From positions 27,385 through 88,826 of the forward strand of contig NZEC01000006.1 in NCBI GenBank assembly GCA_002688925.1: a DNA stretch of 61,442 nucleotides, given 5' to 3'. Numbering within the stretch: position 1 is the stretch's first letter; every line of letters begins with the position of its first letter. The stretch comes from an archaeon. Lineage in GTDB: Archaea; Nanobdellota; Nanobdellia; Woesearchaeales; GW2011-AR4. A model generated the notes under the pieces. It saw only the letters and a program-made list of their open reading frames with translations, was not told the DNA's origin and made no database searches. A program made the translations under genes and the position numbers. Positions 28,292 to 39,686 of the stretch are shown here, in pieces.

Positions 28292-29512
28292 ATGGATTTA
28301 AAAAACAAAAAGATAGTTATTGGAATCTCAAGCAGCATAGCAGCCTATAAAGTCATTGACTTAATTAAAGAACTGAGAAAATCAAAAGCAGATGTCCATA
28401 TCATCCTGACAAAAAATGCCTCAAAACTAGTAGATAAAAAAGATTTTGAAATTGTATCGAACAATAAGGTAAACACAGATTTATTCAATCCGAATGTCAA
28501 TTACATAGATTATATCAAAAAAAATAGGCCAATAAGGCATATTTCCCTCTCAGACACTGCAGATTTATTCCTAATATGCCCTGCAACTGCAAACATTATC
28601 GGAAAGATGGCCAATGGCATTGCTGATGATTTACTGAGCACAAGCATCATGGCCACTAACGCTCCGGTTTTAATTTGCCCTGCCATGAATGTAAAGATGT
28701 GGAAAAACCCAATCATGCAGGAAAATACAGAAAAATTAAGGAAATTAAAGTATGAATTTGTTGAGCCGGAATATGGAATATTAGCCTGCGGCTATAAAGG
28801 CATGGGAAGATTAGCAAACCTAAAAAAAATTACTGAAAGAATAAAAACAATAATTGAAAGAAGAAATAATCTCAAAGGAAAAAGAATCTTGATTACAGCA
28901 GGAGCAACCTCTGAGGAAATTGATCCGGTAAGGGTTATAACAAACAAAAGCTCAGGCAGGATGGGAGTCTATATTGCAGAAGAAGCGTATTTAAGGGGAG
29001 CAGAAGTCACTTTAATCAGGGGAGCAAATTCAATTAATCCCCAATATCATTTCAGGGACATCAAAATTCATAACGTCAATGAGCTATTCAAAGAGATTAA
29101 AAAAAATATAAAAAAACACGATATAATGATACATTCTGCTGCTGTTTCTGATTTTACAGCAATTAATAAGCACAGTAAAAAAATAAAAAGCAAGGATAAT
29201 CTGCACCTTGAATTGACTCCAACAACAAAGATTTTTGAAAATATAAAAAAACTAAAGAAAAATATATTTTTGATTGGATTTAAGGCAGAATATAGGGTAA
29301 GCGGGAAAGAGCTGGTAAACAGGGCCTTTAGCTTGTTAAAAAGCGCTAAAGCCGATTTAGTAGTTGCAAATGATATAGGGAAAAAGAAAAGGGGATTTGA
29401 TACAGAAACAAACGAGGTTTATGTTATAGATAAAAATAAGAGAGTCAATCATATCAAACTGGCAGATAAAAGGGTTATTGGGAATAAAATACTGGATACA
29501 ATAAAAAAATAA
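28292..29512 (+). CDS. coaBC: bifunctional phosphopantothenoylcysteine decarboxylase / phosphopantothenate-cysteine ligase
   Basis: N-terminal flavoprotein GISSSIAAYK...CPAMN. C-terminal CoaB block TAGATSEEIDPVRVITNKSSGRMG. Confidence 0.9.
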   Translation: MDLKNKKIVIGISSSIAAYKVIDLIKELRKSKADVHIILTKNASKLVDKKDFEIVSNNKVNTDLFNPNVNYIDYIKKNRPIRHISLSDTADLFLICPATANIIGKMANGIADDLLSTSIMATNAPVLICPAMNVKMWKNPIMQENTEKLRKLKYEFVEPEYGILACGYKGMGRLANLKKITERIKTIIERRNNLKGKRILITAGATSEEIDPVRVITNKSSGRMGVYIAEEAYLRGAEVTLIRGANSINPQYHFRDIKIHNVNELFKEIKKNIKKHDIMIHSAAVSDFTAINKHSKKIKSKDNLHLELTPTTKIFENIKKLKKNIFLIGFKAEYRVSGKELVNRAFSLLKSAKADLVVANDIGKKKRGFDTETNEVYVIDKNKRVNHIKLADKRVIGNKILDTIKK

Positions 29513-29513
29513 A

Positions 29514-30368
29514 ATGGTTTCTATGTTAAAAACCGCAAAAGCATTCGCTCCAGGGAATATAAGCTGCATATTTGTGATAAAAAAAGGAAATAATCCGAAA
29601 AAATCCGGCTCTTTAGGAGTGGGATTTACAGTCAACAAAGGCGTTTTTGTCACAATAAAAAAAATCAATAAAAGTAATAAAAAAAACATAATTTTTTTCA
29701 ACAATAAAAAGATTAATTTTCCAACTGTAGATTCTGTAATAAGGAAATTAACAGATAAAAAAGTAAAAGTCAGTATCAAATCACAGCTACCGTTAGGATG
29801 TGGCTTTGGCATCAGCGGAGCAAGCGCAATAGCAGCAGCTTATGCTTTAAATAAATTATTGAATTTAAAAAAATCAAAAAAAGAGCTTGCATTCATAGCC
29901 CATATTGCGGAAATTGAAAACCTAACAGGCCTTGGGGATGTTACAAACCAGTATTATGGGGGATTTTTAATAAAGCATAAGCCAAGCTACACTTTTGAAG
30001 TAAAAAAACCCAATATAAAAAACAAAGCGATTTATTGCAGACATTTCAGCAGCATCAATACAAAAAAAATACTGTCCAATAAAAAGATAAAAAACAAAAT
30101 AAATCAGGCCGGATTAAAATCATTAAAAAAGATTAAAAATCTGGATAAAAAAATCATGAATCTAAAAAACTTGATAAGAATATCAAAAGAGTTTTCCATA
30201 GAGAGCAGATTATTAAAAAACAAAAAAGTAATTGAAACGATAAGAAATATCGAGAAAAATAAAGGCAATGCATCCATGATAATGTTAGGGAATTCTATAT
30301 TTAGTGATGTTCCATTCAAAGGGAGCAGGAAATTGATTATTAAGGACAAAGGAGCATTTACAATATAA
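29514..30368 (+). CDS. archaeal pantoate kinase (GHMP family)
   Basis: APGNISCIF N-terminus and GHMP motif PLGCGFGISGASA. Located between coaBC and the phosphopantothenate synthetase gene. Confidence 0.7.
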   Translation: MVSMLKTAKAFAPGNISCIFVIKKGNNPKKSGSLGVGFTVNKGVFVTIKKINKSNKKNIIFFNNKKINFPTVDSVIRKLTDKKVKVSIKSQLPLGCGFGISGASAIAAAYALNKLLNLKKSKKELAFIAHIAEIENLTGLGDVTNQYYGGFLIKHKPSYTFEVKKPNIKNKAIYCRHFSSINTKKILSNKKIKNKINQAGLKSLKKIKNLDKKIMNLKNLIRISKEFSIESRLLKNKKVIETIRNIEKNKGNASMIMLGNSIFSDVPFKGSRKLIIKDKGAFTI

Positions 30369-30369
30369 A

Positions 30370-31113
30370 ATGAAAATCCCAAAAGCCCATCCAAGATATT
30401 TATCCCTAACTACAAGGGAAACTGTTGCTCAGGGAGTAAAAAACGGCATAACTTCAATTACCGGGTTGATTGTTCATGGCAGGGGAGAAGCATTTGATTA
30501 TTTAATAAAAGAAAAAACAACAGAAAGCGCAAAAAAATCCATTGATGCTGCTGCCTGCCTTCTTATTAATGCAAAGCACCCTGTAATATCTGTAAACGGA
30601 AATACTGCTGCTTTAGTCCCAAAAAAGCTTGTAAAGCTTTCAAAAATTATTCCAGCAAAGCTTGAAATTAATATCTTCCACCCATCAAAGAAAAGGGAAT
30701 TGAAAATAAAAAAGCATCTGGTTAAAAATGGAGCTAAAGAAGTATTGCTTCCACAAAAAAAATCAATAATAAAGCACATCAGCAGCAACAGGAAATATGT
30801 AAATCAAGAGGGGATAAAAAAAGCAGATGTTGTCTTTGTCCCGTTAGAAGACGGAGACCGGACAGAAGCATTAGTTAAAAACAAAAAGAAAGTGATTGTA
30901 GTTGACTTAAACCCATTTACAAGAAGCTCAAAGAAAGCTACCATAACGATTGTTGATAATATAATCAGAGCAATTCCATTATTGATAAAACAAATCAGGC
31001 AGTTAAAAAAATCCAATAAAAATAAATTAAAGAAAATATTGAAAAACCACAATAATAAAAAAAATTTAAAAAAAGCAATAAAAGAAATCAATAATAATCT
31101 TGTAAAATCGTAA
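30370..31113 (+). CDS. 4-phosphopantoate--beta-alanine ligase (archaeal phosphopantothenate synthetase)
   Basis: HPRYLSLTTRE and HGRGEAFDYL blocks of the archaeal PPS family. Confidence 0.7.
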   Translation: MKIPKAHPRYLSLTTRETVAQGVKNGITSITGLIVHGRGEAFDYLIKEKTTESAKKSIDAAACLLINAKHPVISVNGNTAALVPKKLVKLSKIIPAKLEINIFHPSKKRELKIKKHLVKNGAKEVLLPQKKSIIKHISSNRKYVNQEGIKKADVVFVPLEDGDRTEALVKNKKKVIVVDLNPFTRSSKKATITIVDNIIRAIPLLIKQIRQLKKSNKNKLKKILKNHNNKKNLKKAIKEINNNLVKS

Positions 31114-31140
31114 AATAGCGTAAAAGATAATAATAATTTC

Positions 31141-31797
31141 CTATAAGATATGCTTCAAAACTTCCCTCAAATCCTTTTTCTCAATAACAATGTCTGCAAC
31201 ATCTTTTAGCTTATCATGCTCGCAGTTAAATGCTATTCCAAGCCCTGCTTCCTGCATTATCTTGATATCATTCAGAAAATCCCCGACAAAAACGCATTCT
31301 TCCAGTTTTATGTTCTCTTTGTCTGCAATCTGCCTCAAAGCAATAGCTTTTTTTTCAATATCAAATTCAGTTGCCTCTACCTTAGTTATGCTTCCATTTT
31401 CATCAAAATAAATCCAGCTTAGAAAAACATCATCAAATATTTCTTTATAATCAGGTATGAATTTTTCCAAAACAACATTCATCGAGCCGGAAATGATTGC
31501 AAGCTTCATTCCCCTGCTTTTAAGCTCGTCCAGGACTTCTTTTGCCCCTTTCATCAGGCGTAAAGAGCCCATAGCCTTGAAGAAATCCTCTTTTTTCATG
31601 TTTTTTTCTTTCCACATGCCTATATCCTGCTCTGCCCACTCCTTGTAGCTTATCTTACCGTTAAAGAAATTGTTTTTTGCTTCCTGCCTTTTCTTTTCAT
31701 CAGTCTGGAAATAGTCATGGAATACCTGCCATGAAAACTTCACATTATCCACTAAAGTCCCGTCAACATCAAAGCACACTAGTTTGTATTTTGTCAT
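31141..31797 (-). CDS. HAD-superfamily phosphatase (SerB-like)
   Basis: CFDVDGTLV, ISGS and VGDFLNDIKIM motifs. Confidence 0.75.
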   Translation of the reverse strand: MTKYKLVCFDVDGTLVDNVKFSWQVFHDYFQTDEKKRQEAKNNFFNGKISYKEWAEQDIGMWKEKNMKKEDFFKAMGSLRLMKGAKEVLDELKSRGMKLAIISGSMNVVLEKFIPDYKEIFDDVFLSWIYFDENGSITKVEATEFDIEKKAIALRQIADKENIKLEECVFVGDFLNDIKIMQEAGLGIAFNCEHDKLKDVADIVIEKKDLREVLKHIL

Positions 31798-31988
31798 TTT
31801 TTATCGTTATTTATTTTTTATAATTTTTATTTAATAATCTTAATTTTTTATTTTATTGAAATTTTTTATTATTGGAACTTTTTTATTGGGTTTTTATTAT
31901 ATGTTTATTTTATATTTTACCAAGTAAACCGCATTAATTCATATCAAACACCGCAACCTATATAAAACAATATCCCTTCCTATTGCTT

Positions 31989-34661
31989 ATGGCTCAGGGC
32001 AGTATAATCAAAAACAACCTTTTTGGGTTTATCATACTTGTAGTCGTAATTATATTATTCCTCTCCGGACTGTATGCCGACTGGCTTTGGTTTGAATCCC
32101 TTGGCTATATTTCAGTCTTCAAAACTTTCCTTTTCTCAAAGATAGCGTTAGGATTTTCAGTTTTTCTTTTGTTCTTCATCTTTTTATCATTGAATCTTAT
32201 GGTTCTAAAAAGAAAATCAAAGATAGCCCACAATAAAATATACATTACTGCAATTACAATTGTATCAATTATTGCAGGGCTTTTATCAAGCGCATCATGG
32301 CTCATAGTTTTAAGGTTCCTTAATTTTGTCGGATTTGGATTTGTTGACCCAATATTTAAGAATGATATCAGCTTTTACATTTTTGTTTTGCCTTTCTATA
32401 AATTTGCTGCAGGCATATTATTTTTCCTTATTGCAGCATCAATTGTCATGGTTGCAGTTGCCTATCTTCTTTCCGGCAAGACAAAAAAGACCGTTCAGGA
32501 GCCAAAACAGGCTCTTCCGGGATTTGATCCGGGTTTTTCACAGATAAAGATAACAGTTCCAAAACAAGGAAAAAATCACCTGGCTTTTTTAGCCGGATTC
32601 CTGTTAATAATAACTGCAGTGTTCTTTTATCTGAAAAGATACTCTATTCTGTTTTCCACCCAGGGGGCAGTATATGGGGCAGGATTTACTGATATCACTA
32701 TAACCCTGCCATTGTATACAATTCTGCCCATCATAGGTGCAGTAGCAGCATTTATAGCTTTTACTTATCCTTATCTCCAGAACACAAAGCTTGTAGTCGG
32801 AAGCATTTCTTTTTTTGTGATAATATTGTTTGCCGGCACAATTATAGCGGGGGCTGTTCAATTATTGTATGTGCAGCCAAACGAATTCAACATAGAGGAA
32901 AAATACATCAAGCAGAACATCAAGCATACTTTATTTGCCTATAAGCTTTCTGACGCTTCCACAAGAGATTTTCCCGTAAGCTATAACTTAAGCATAGATG
33001 ACATCTACAAAAATAAAGCAACAATTGAAAATGTGAGATTATGGGATTGGAGGCCTTTGCTCACAACATACAGGCAGATCCAGCTGTTCAGGACTTATTA
33101 TGATTTTCTTGATGTTGATATCGACAGGTACAATCTTGATGGCAGGTTAAGGCAAATAATGGTTTCTCCGAGAGAGCTTGACCAAAACCAGCTTGACAGC
33201 AAGGCAAAGACATGGGTAAATAAAAAGTTTGTATATACTCACGGCTATGGGGTTGTAGCTTCTCCGATAAATATGATCAATAGCGAGGGTCTGCCGGAAT
33301 TGTTTATCAATGATATACCTCCAAAAACAAGATACAAGGACCTTGAAATTGAGCAGCCGGGAATCTACTTCGGAGAAAAAACAGACAGCTTTGTCGTTGT
33401 CAACACAAAAACCAATGAGTTTGACTATCCGTTGGGCAATGAAAATGTATTTGCATCTTATGATGGCGCAGCAGGAATCCAGCTCTCAAATATAATAAAA
33501 AAAGGAGTCTTCTCTTTAAACCTTGGCTCATTGAATTTATTTATTTCAGGCGCAGTTACAAAAGACAGCAAGGTGCTTATAAAAAGAAATATCATTGAAA
33601 GAACATCAGCACTTGCTCCATTCCTCCAGTATGACAGCGACCCATATATTGTTGTTAATGACGGCAGGATTTACTGGATTTTGGACGCTTACACAACATC
33701 AAACAAATTCCCGTACAGCGAGAATATTTTCGGATTAAATTATATCAGGAATTCTGTTAAAGTTACAATAGATGCATTTGACGGTAATGTAGACTTTTAC
33801 ATCATAGATGAAGAGGATCCAATAATACAGAATTATGCAAAGATTTTCCCAAGCTTGTTCAAAAATTTTGATGAGATGCCTGAAGGCCTGCAAGAGCATA
33901 TCAGGTATCCTGAAGATCTGATGCGCGTACAGACAAGAATCTTCGGAACATACCACATGAAAGACCCTCAGGTCTTTTACAATAAGGAAGATGTGTGGGT
34001 CACGCCAACAGAAATCTACAGCAGCAATGAGATTGAGCTAAAGCCTTACTATATAATCCTAAAGCTTCCGGAAGAGGAGAAAGAAGGGTTTTTCCTGATA
34101 ACTCCACTAATACCCAGAGGCAAGCAAAACATGATTGCATGGTTTGCAGCACATTCAGATCCAAAAGATTATGGGAAGCTTGAAGTGTTCAGGCTAAGCA
34201 AGCAGGAATTAACTTATGGTCCGATGCAGATAGAAGCAAGAATAGACCAGGATACTGAAATATCTCAACTCTTGACTTTATGGGGCCAACAGGGATCTGA
34301 AGTTATCAGGGGAAATTTAATTATCATTCCAATAGAGCAAAGCTTCCTTTACATAGAACCAGTCTACCTCAAAGCATCTGCAGGAGGCGCCTTGCCTCAG
34401 CTCAAAAGAGTCATTGTTGCTTATGAAGATAAGGTTACGATGCAGAATTCCTTAGAAGAAGCCCTGAGCGATATTTTCAAAGGAAAAGTGGAAAAGAGTA
34501 AGAAAAAAATATCTGACCTTAAAGTTCCTGAAACAATATCTGAAAAATTCAGTACAGCCTCTGCATTATACAATGAAGCGCAGGAAGCCCTGCTTGAAGG
34601 AGACTTTGTAACATACGCTGAGAAAATAGAAGAGCTTGGAAATATTCTTAACGACGAATAG
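31989..34661 (+). CDS. UPF0182-family large membrane protein
   Basis: YADWLWFESLGY follows the first TM helix. About 7 N-terminal TM helices precede a large soluble domain, roughly 890 aa in all. Confidence 0.7.
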   Translation: MAQGSIIKNNLFGFIILVVVIILFLSGLYADWLWFESLGYISVFKTFLFSKIALGFSVFLLFFIFLSLNLMVLKRKSKIAHNKIYITAITIVSIIAGLLSSASWLIVLRFLNFVGFGFVDPIFKNDISFYIFVLPFYKFAAGILFFLIAASIVMVAVAYLLSGKTKKTVQEPKQALPGFDPGFSQIKITVPKQGKNHLAFLAGFLLIITAVFFYLKRYSILFSTQGAVYGAGFTDITITLPLYTILPIIGAVAAFIAFTYPYLQNTKLVVGSISFFVIILFAGTIIAGAVQLLYVQPNEFNIEEKYIKQNIKHTLFAYKLSDASTRDFPVSYNLSIDDIYKNKATIENVRLWDWRPLLTTYRQIQLFRTYYDFLDVDIDRYNLDGRLRQIMVSPRELDQNQLDSKAKTWVNKKFVYTHGYGVVASPINMINSEGLPELFINDIPPKTRYKDLEIEQPGIYFGEKTDSFVVVNTKTNEFDYPLGNENVFASYDGAAGIQLSNIIKKGVFSLNLGSLNLFISGAVTKDSKVLIKRNIIERTSALAPFLQYDSDPYIVVNDGRIYWILDAYTTSNKFPYSENIFGLNYIRNSVKVTIDAFDGNVDFYIIDEEDPIIQNYAKIFPSLFKNFDEMPEGLQEHIRYPEDLMRVQTRIFGTYHMKDPQVFYNKEDVWVTPTEIYSSNEIELKPYYIILKLPEEEKEGFFLITPLIPRGKQNMIAWFAAHSDPKDYGKLEVFRLSKQELTYGPMQIEARIDQDTEISQLLTLWGQQGSEVIRGNLIIIPIEQSFLYIEPVYLKASAGGALPQLKRVIVAYEDKVTMQNSLEEALSDIFKGKVEKSKKKISDLKVPETISEKFSTASALYNEAQEALLEGDFVTYAEKIEELGNILNDE

Positions 34662-34746
34662 AAAACTATTTAAACAACCTAAAAAATATTTTAAGATACA
34701 AAGACTAAGGGGTTTTATATTCTAAAACAAAAGTGAGGGGAAGATT

Positions 34747-34962
34747 ATGGGAAGAAAAATTACAACAATTCCTAAAGCGCCTGTTGGCAGGATTTTAATG
34801 AAAGCCGGAGCTAAAAGAGTATCAGCAGATTCAATAGATGCTTTCACAGAAATTCTTACTGAAATAACAGAAAAAATAGCCACGCAATCAGCAAAGATAG
34901 CAAAGCACTCCGGAAGAAAAACTGTCCATGAAGGCGATGTGAAGCTTGCTGCAAAGCAGTGA
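34747..34962 (+). CDS. archaeal histone (HMf type)
   Basis: Histone fold: PKAPVGRILMKAGAKRVS...AKHSGRKTVHEGDVKLA, 71 aa. GAGGGG lies upstream of the ATG. Confidence 0.9.
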   Translation: MGRKITTIPKAPVGRILMKAGAKRVSADSIDAFTEILTEITEKIATQSAKIAKHSGRKTVHEGDVKLAAKQ

Positions 34963-35212
34963 TTTAATTCTTTTTAAAAAATTTTTATTTAATTTTATTA
35001 TTTTTAGTATTTATTTTTTGGTAATTTTTTGTTGTTTTTTTAATAATTGTTTTTTTCTTTTTAATGGATTTTTTAATTGATTTGTTAACAATACCGTCGA
35101 TAAAACTTCTTAAAACGAAACCTTTAAATACAACTCTATATACTCCAAAATATATTCTATAAAAGGAATTTTACAACTATTGTTTAAAAATAACGTTTGG
35201 GGGTTAGCAAAA

Positions 35213-35482
35213 ATGGATAACAAAGAGATATTCAATGTTTTTTTCAGGGAAAAGCCAGCTATGATGTTGGTAGAGTTAAAAAATACTAAATCAGAAGTTT
35301 ATGCTTCATCTTTGGCAAAAACAGTTGACTGCACATATTCCCATGTTGTTAAAATTCTTCAGGAAATGGAAAAATCCGGCCTGGTAAATTTTGAAAAGCA
35401 GGGCAGGTTAAAATTATTGACATTGACAAAAACAGGCTCTGAAATAGCCGATCATATTGATGGTATAAGGATGAAACTATAA
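35213..35482 (+). CDS. winged-helix transcriptional regulator
   Basis: YASSLAKTVDCTYSHVVKILQEMEKSGLV helix-turn-helix plus wing. ATG at 35213 is preceded by GGGGGT. Confidence 0.5.
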   Translation: MDNKEIFNVFFREKPAMMLVELKNTKSEVYASSLAKTVDCTYSHVVKILQEMEKSGLVNFEKQGRLKLLTLTKTGSEIADHIDGIRMKL

Positions 35483-35520
35483 TCCTATTATTTTTTTTAA
35501 TTAATTTTAGAAACAAAATA

Positions 35521-36933
35521 TTATACAACTTCTTCCATTGCCATTTTGCCTAAAACAACTTTGGCCTTTTCTGTAAACTCGTCTTCAATCTCTGTAGGAA
35601 TTAATGCGCCTGCAGCATTGGCATGGCCTCCTGCCTCACAATCAGGCATATCTTTTATTATCTCTGTTATAATCTGTATCAAGTCAATTTGATTATTCCT
35701 TCCTCCCTTTCTCAATGAAACTTTTGTTGTACTGTCTATTAACTGGGCCATTGACATCACAAATTTATCCTCAATATTATTTGATTTTGATAGGATAGAA
35801 GCCAAGGTCCCGATTAGAGTTGGCCTGATGTTTGTCTTTGCGTTGATTATTACATAGCCATTTCCTTTTACCACAAAACTGCCTGACTTATTTTCATTAT
35901 ACCAGTTCAAAGAATGAATTATTTCCTTTTTATAATCTCCCATCAAGTAAATTGCCTTTTTCTTTATTCTTTCATCCCCTAAGCATGCTCCAATTCCCAG
36001 TGAAGCTTTATCCAGCCTGCCGCATGCATTTAGCAGTGTTGCAAATTCCTTGGCATCTTTTGTAGGGCTGTCCTCTTTTTCTTCCTTCAAAAGATAAACA
36101 TTGCCCAAAACATCCTCTGGATTTTTTTCATTAAACCTTTTTAAGATCACTCCTGTCACAAGATTTTTCATTTCCTCTTTGCTTAAGTGCCTTACCTTTT
36201 TCCATCCCTTGCCGTCTTTCGGATTTACTCCGATCTGGTTCAAAAATTGTATTGCTCCTGATTCAGAGCCGGAAACATTAGGAATATATGGGTCTGTGCA
36301 GTACTCCAGTACTTTATGCAGCGGTTTTGTCTGCGCACCAAACAGCCTTAATCCCCTGATTACTTTTATCTTTCCTTTCTCAATCGCTGTTTTCAATATC
36401 CCATCATTTATTTTCCCAAAGCCGTTATTTTCCTGGATATCCCCCATAGCGCCTATTATGGCAATATGTGCAAGCTCTTCCATTTTCTTGTCAAGGCTGC
36501 TTGCAAACAGGTAAACAACTCCGGAGCCTGAAACCTCTTTGCCCCCGTCAATTCCAAACTTATGCGGATTTACAAAAAAAACATTTTCCTTTGACTCTAA
36601 TTTTTCAGGAGTATGATGGTCAAGAATAAAGACTTTTTTTCCGTTAAACTTCTCTTCTATTTCTGTTATCGCTCCAGAGCCGATATCTGTAAAAACAAAA
36701 TGATTATACGGCTCTTTTGCCAAATTCTCTATTATCTCTTTTTTTACCTGCTGGATTATAGAGATGGAATATTTCCTGTTGTCATTATTCAAGCATTTAA
36801 CCATTATAGAAGCAGCGCTTATGCCGTCAGCATCAAGGTGGCTTACAAGCCTTATAACCTCATCTTTTGGTATTTTTTTAAATTCGTCTGCTGCCTTTTT
36901 TACATCCTCTTTGAATAAGTCATAAGAATCCAT
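35521..36933 (-). CDS. recJ: DHH/DHHA1 RecJ-like (GAN/Cdc45-like) nuclease
   Basis: HLDADGISA, ILDHH and GGHANAAGA. Start at MDSYDLF. Confidence 0.75.
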   Translation of the reverse strand: MDSYDLFKEDVKKAADEFKKIPKDEVIRLVSHLDADGISAASIMVKCLNNDNRKYSISIIQQVKKEIIENLAKEPYNHFVFTDIGSGAITEIEEKFNGKKVFILDHHTPEKLESKENVFFVNPHKFGIDGGKEVSGSGVVYLFASSLDKKMEELAHIAIIGAMGDIQENNGFGKINDGILKTAIEKGKIKVIRGLRLFGAQTKPLHKVLEYCTDPYIPNVSGSESGAIQFLNQIGVNPKDGKGWKKVRHLSKEEMKNLVTGVILKRFNEKNPEDVLGNVYLLKEEKEDSPTKDAKEFATLLNACGRLDKASLGIGACLGDERIKKKAIYLMGDYKKEIIHSLNWYNENKSGSFVVKGNGYVIINAKTNIRPTLIGTLASILSKSNNIEDKFVMSMAQLIDSTTKVSLRKGGRNNQIDLIQIITEIIKDMPDCEAGGHANAAGALIPTEIEDEFTEKAKVVLGKMAMEEVV

Positions 36934-37102
36934 TCTAAATTTTTTAAAGAAAAGCTTGTATTTATAGGTTTTGTTTTTGGCAATAAATTGTAAAGCAAGC
37001 ATGTACATATAATCAAAAGATACCGTGCCGAGCGTAATGGCTCGCCTAAATATTTAAGAATTATAAAAAGTCAAATAGAGAAAAATGATGTTTATATAAA
37101 AT

Positions 37103-37807
37103 TCACTTCCCAAACCTTCTCTCCCTCTGATTAAATTCCCTAATGACTTCAATTAAATCTTCCTTTGTGAATTCTGGCCAAAGTTTTTCAATGAAGAAAA
37201 TCTCACTATAACTAATCTGCCAAAGCAAAAAATCACTTATCCTTTTTTCTCCTCCGGGCCTTATTAGGATATCAGGATTGCTGTTCAGATACAAATTCTC
37301 TCCAACTAGATTTTCATCAATATCTTCCATCTTGATCTTATTTTTTTTGATTTTGCCAATTATTTTCTTTAGCGCATCTGTAATCTCTGCCTTTCCGCTG
37401 TATGCCATTGCAAAATTTAGCCTAAATTTTTTATTTTTCGATGTTTGTCTCATAACAGCATCCATCTCTTTTTGTATATTTTCAGGAAATTTACCAAGCC
37501 TTCCGATAAAACTGATTCTAATCCCATATTTATCCAGCCTTTCATCATTCTTCAGCTTATCAATACTTTTTTTAAACAAAGAAAACAAGACTTTCTTCTC
37601 TTTTTCGGGCCTCTTGAAATTGTCCATTGAAAAAGAATACAGTGTAAGCTCTTTAATCTTAAGTTCAAGGCACCATTCCAGAATATCTTTTACCTTTTCA
37701 GTTCCGAATTTATGGCCCTGCCATGCCTTCATTCCCAATTTTTTGCTGTACCTCCTGTTTCCATCCAAAATTATAGAAATGTGCCGCGGTATTTTAGGTT
37801 GTTTCAT
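37103..37807 (-). CDS. uppS: cis-prenyltransferase (undecaprenyl diphosphate synthase family)
   Basis: HISIILDGNRRY and RPGGEKRISDFLLWQ. Confidence 0.9.
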   Translation of the reverse strand: MKQPKIPRHISIILDGNRRYSKKLGMKAWQGHKFGTEKVKDILEWCLELKIKELTLYSFSMDNFKRPEKEKKVLFSLFKKSIDKLKNDERLDKYGIRISFIGRLGKFPENIQKEMDAVMRQTSKNKKFRLNFAMAYSGKAEITDALKKIIGKIKKNKIKMEDIDENLVGENLYLNSNPDILIRPGGEKRISDFLLWQISYSEIFFIEKLWPEFTKEDLIEVIREFNQRERRFGK

Positions 37808-37974
37808 AATTTTTCCCGAACTTTTGATATTATTCAGATAATTTGCATGTAGCTATTAAAATTTCCTATTTTTCATGCACTAAATTAAAAAAATAAAAAC
37901 CAATAGCTTTATAAATATCCCATTATTCCCAAGTATGCTAAACTATTTAAGAATAACCGATTAGGAGGGTATAA

Positions 37975-39261
37975 ATGGCAAAAGGAAAAGTACACATTAA
38001 TCTTGTATTCATTGGTCACGTTGATCATGGAAAAAGCACTTCAGTAGGCAGGTTGCTATATGATACAAAGAATATCGATGAACAGCATATGAGAAAGTTA
38101 AAGGACAAGGCAAAAGAACTTGGTAAGTCAGGCTTTGAGTTTGCCTTTATTATGGACAACTTAAAGGAAGAACAGGAAAGAGGAGTTACAATTGACTTAG
38201 CTCATAAGAAGTTTGATACAGACAAGTATTATTTTACAATTATTGATGCGCCTGGCCACAAGGATTTCATCAAGAACATGATTACCGGAGCCTCTCAGGC
38301 AGATGCCGGAGTTCTGGTTGTTTCTGGAAATCCAAGCGATGGTGTCCAGGCTCAGACAAAAGAGCACGTTTTCTTAGCAAGAACCCTTGGTGTTAATCAG
38401 CTTATTGTTTATGTCAATAAGATGGACATGGCAAAATACGATCAAAAAAGGTTCGAAGAGGTAAAGGGCCAGGTTTCTGAGCTTCTTAAAAGCGTAGGCT
38501 ACAAGCCGGAAGATGTTCCATTTGTTGCAGGAGCTTCTTTAGTAGGAGACAATGTTGCAACAAAATCAGAGAATATGCCCTGGTATGATGGCAAAACCTT
38601 GCTTGAAACATTAGACGATTTAAAAGAACCTGAAAAGCCAACAGACCTTCCATTAAGGCTGCCTATCCAAGATGTTTATAATATCACAGGTATAGGTCTT
38701 GTTCCTGTTGGAAGAGTGGAAACAGGCGTTATGAAGATCAACGATAAGGTAATTGTTGTTCCTGGAAGAGAAGGCAAAGGTGTCCCAGGAGAAGTAAAAA
38801 CAATAGAGATGCATCATGAGCAGATGCAGCAGGCAGAGCCTGGAGACAATATTGGATTTAACGTTAGGGGAATTGGCAAAAAGGACATAGCAAGAGGAGA
38901 TGTTCTTGGTCATACAGACAATCCTCCAACAATTGCTACAGAATTTACAGCCCAGATGGTTATACTAAATCATCCAACTGTTGTTACTGTTGGTTATACT
39001 CCGGTATTCCATGTGCATACAGCACAGGTTGCATGTCAAGTATTGGCAATAGAGAAGAAACTTGATCCGGCAACAGGACAAGAAAAAGAAAAAAATCCTG
39101 ATTTCATTAAGAATGGGGATGCAGCTATTGTAAAGCTAAAGCCTGTTCAGCCAATGGTAATCGAAACGCAAAAAGAAATACCTCAGATGGCAAGATTTGC
39201 TATTAGGGATTCCGGCACAACTGTTGCTGCTGGAATGTGCATTGACTTAGTTAAGAAATAA
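37975..39261 (+). CDS. tuf: translation elongation factor EF-1 alpha
   Basis: [14 protein letters not shown] and NKMD. AGGAGGG lies upstream of the ATG. Confidence 0.97.
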   Translation: MAKGKVHINLVFIGHVDHGKSTSVGRLLYDTKNIDEQHMRKLKDKAKELGKSGFEFAFIMDNLKEEQERGVTIDLAHKKFDTDKYYFTIIDAPGHKDFIKNMITGASQADAGVLVVSGNPSDGVQAQTKEHVFLARTLGVNQLIVYVNKMDMAKYDQKRFEEVKGQVSELLKSVGYKPEDVPFVAGASLVGDNVATKSENMPWYDGKTLLETLDDLKEPEKPTDLPLRLPIQDVYNITGIGLVPVGRVETGVMKINDKVIVVPGREGKGVPGEVKTIEMHHEQMQQAEPGDNIGFNVRGIGKKDIARGDVLGHTDNPPTIATEFTAQMVILNHPTVVTVGYTPVFHVHTAQVACQVLAIEKKLDPATGQEKEKNPDFIKNGDAAIVKLKPVQPMVIETQKEIPQMARFAIRDSGTTVAAGMCIDLVKK

Positions 39262-39329
39262 TTTTCTTTTTTCATCTCTTAATTTGTCATGATTAGCTAA
39301 TCACTTATCATGAGGTAGGCAATATTAAA

Positions 39330-39638
39330 ATGCAGAAAGCAAGAATTAAACTGGCAAGTATAGAAATACACAAGATAAACGAAGTATGCAGTTATATAAA
39401 TGATATTGCTGATAAAACCGGAGTGGATATGAAAGGTCCTATTCCACTGCCTACTAAAAAATTAAGAGTTACCACAAGGAAAAGCCCCGATGGAGAAGGC
39501 CGATCCACATGGGAAAAATACGAGATGAGAGTTCATAAAAGAGTTATTGACCTTGGCCTTGATGAAAGGGCCTTAAGGCTTGTTATGAGAGTACCTATAC
39601 CTGAAGGTTTAAATATTGAGATAGAGATGATTGAATAA
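39330..39638 (+). CDS. rps10: ribosomal protein uS10
   Basis: Canonical position after tuf, with the PLPTK...RSPDGEG...HKR pattern. Confidence 0.9.
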   Translation: MQKARIKLASIEIHKINEVCSYINDIADKTGVDMKGPIPLPTKKLRVTTRKSPDGEGRSTWEKYEMRVHKRVIDLGLDERALRLVMRVPIPEGLNIEIEMIE

Positions 39639-39686
39639 TTCTAAGTTATTATCTATTAAACCCGAATGGCTCGAAATTTTTAATTT

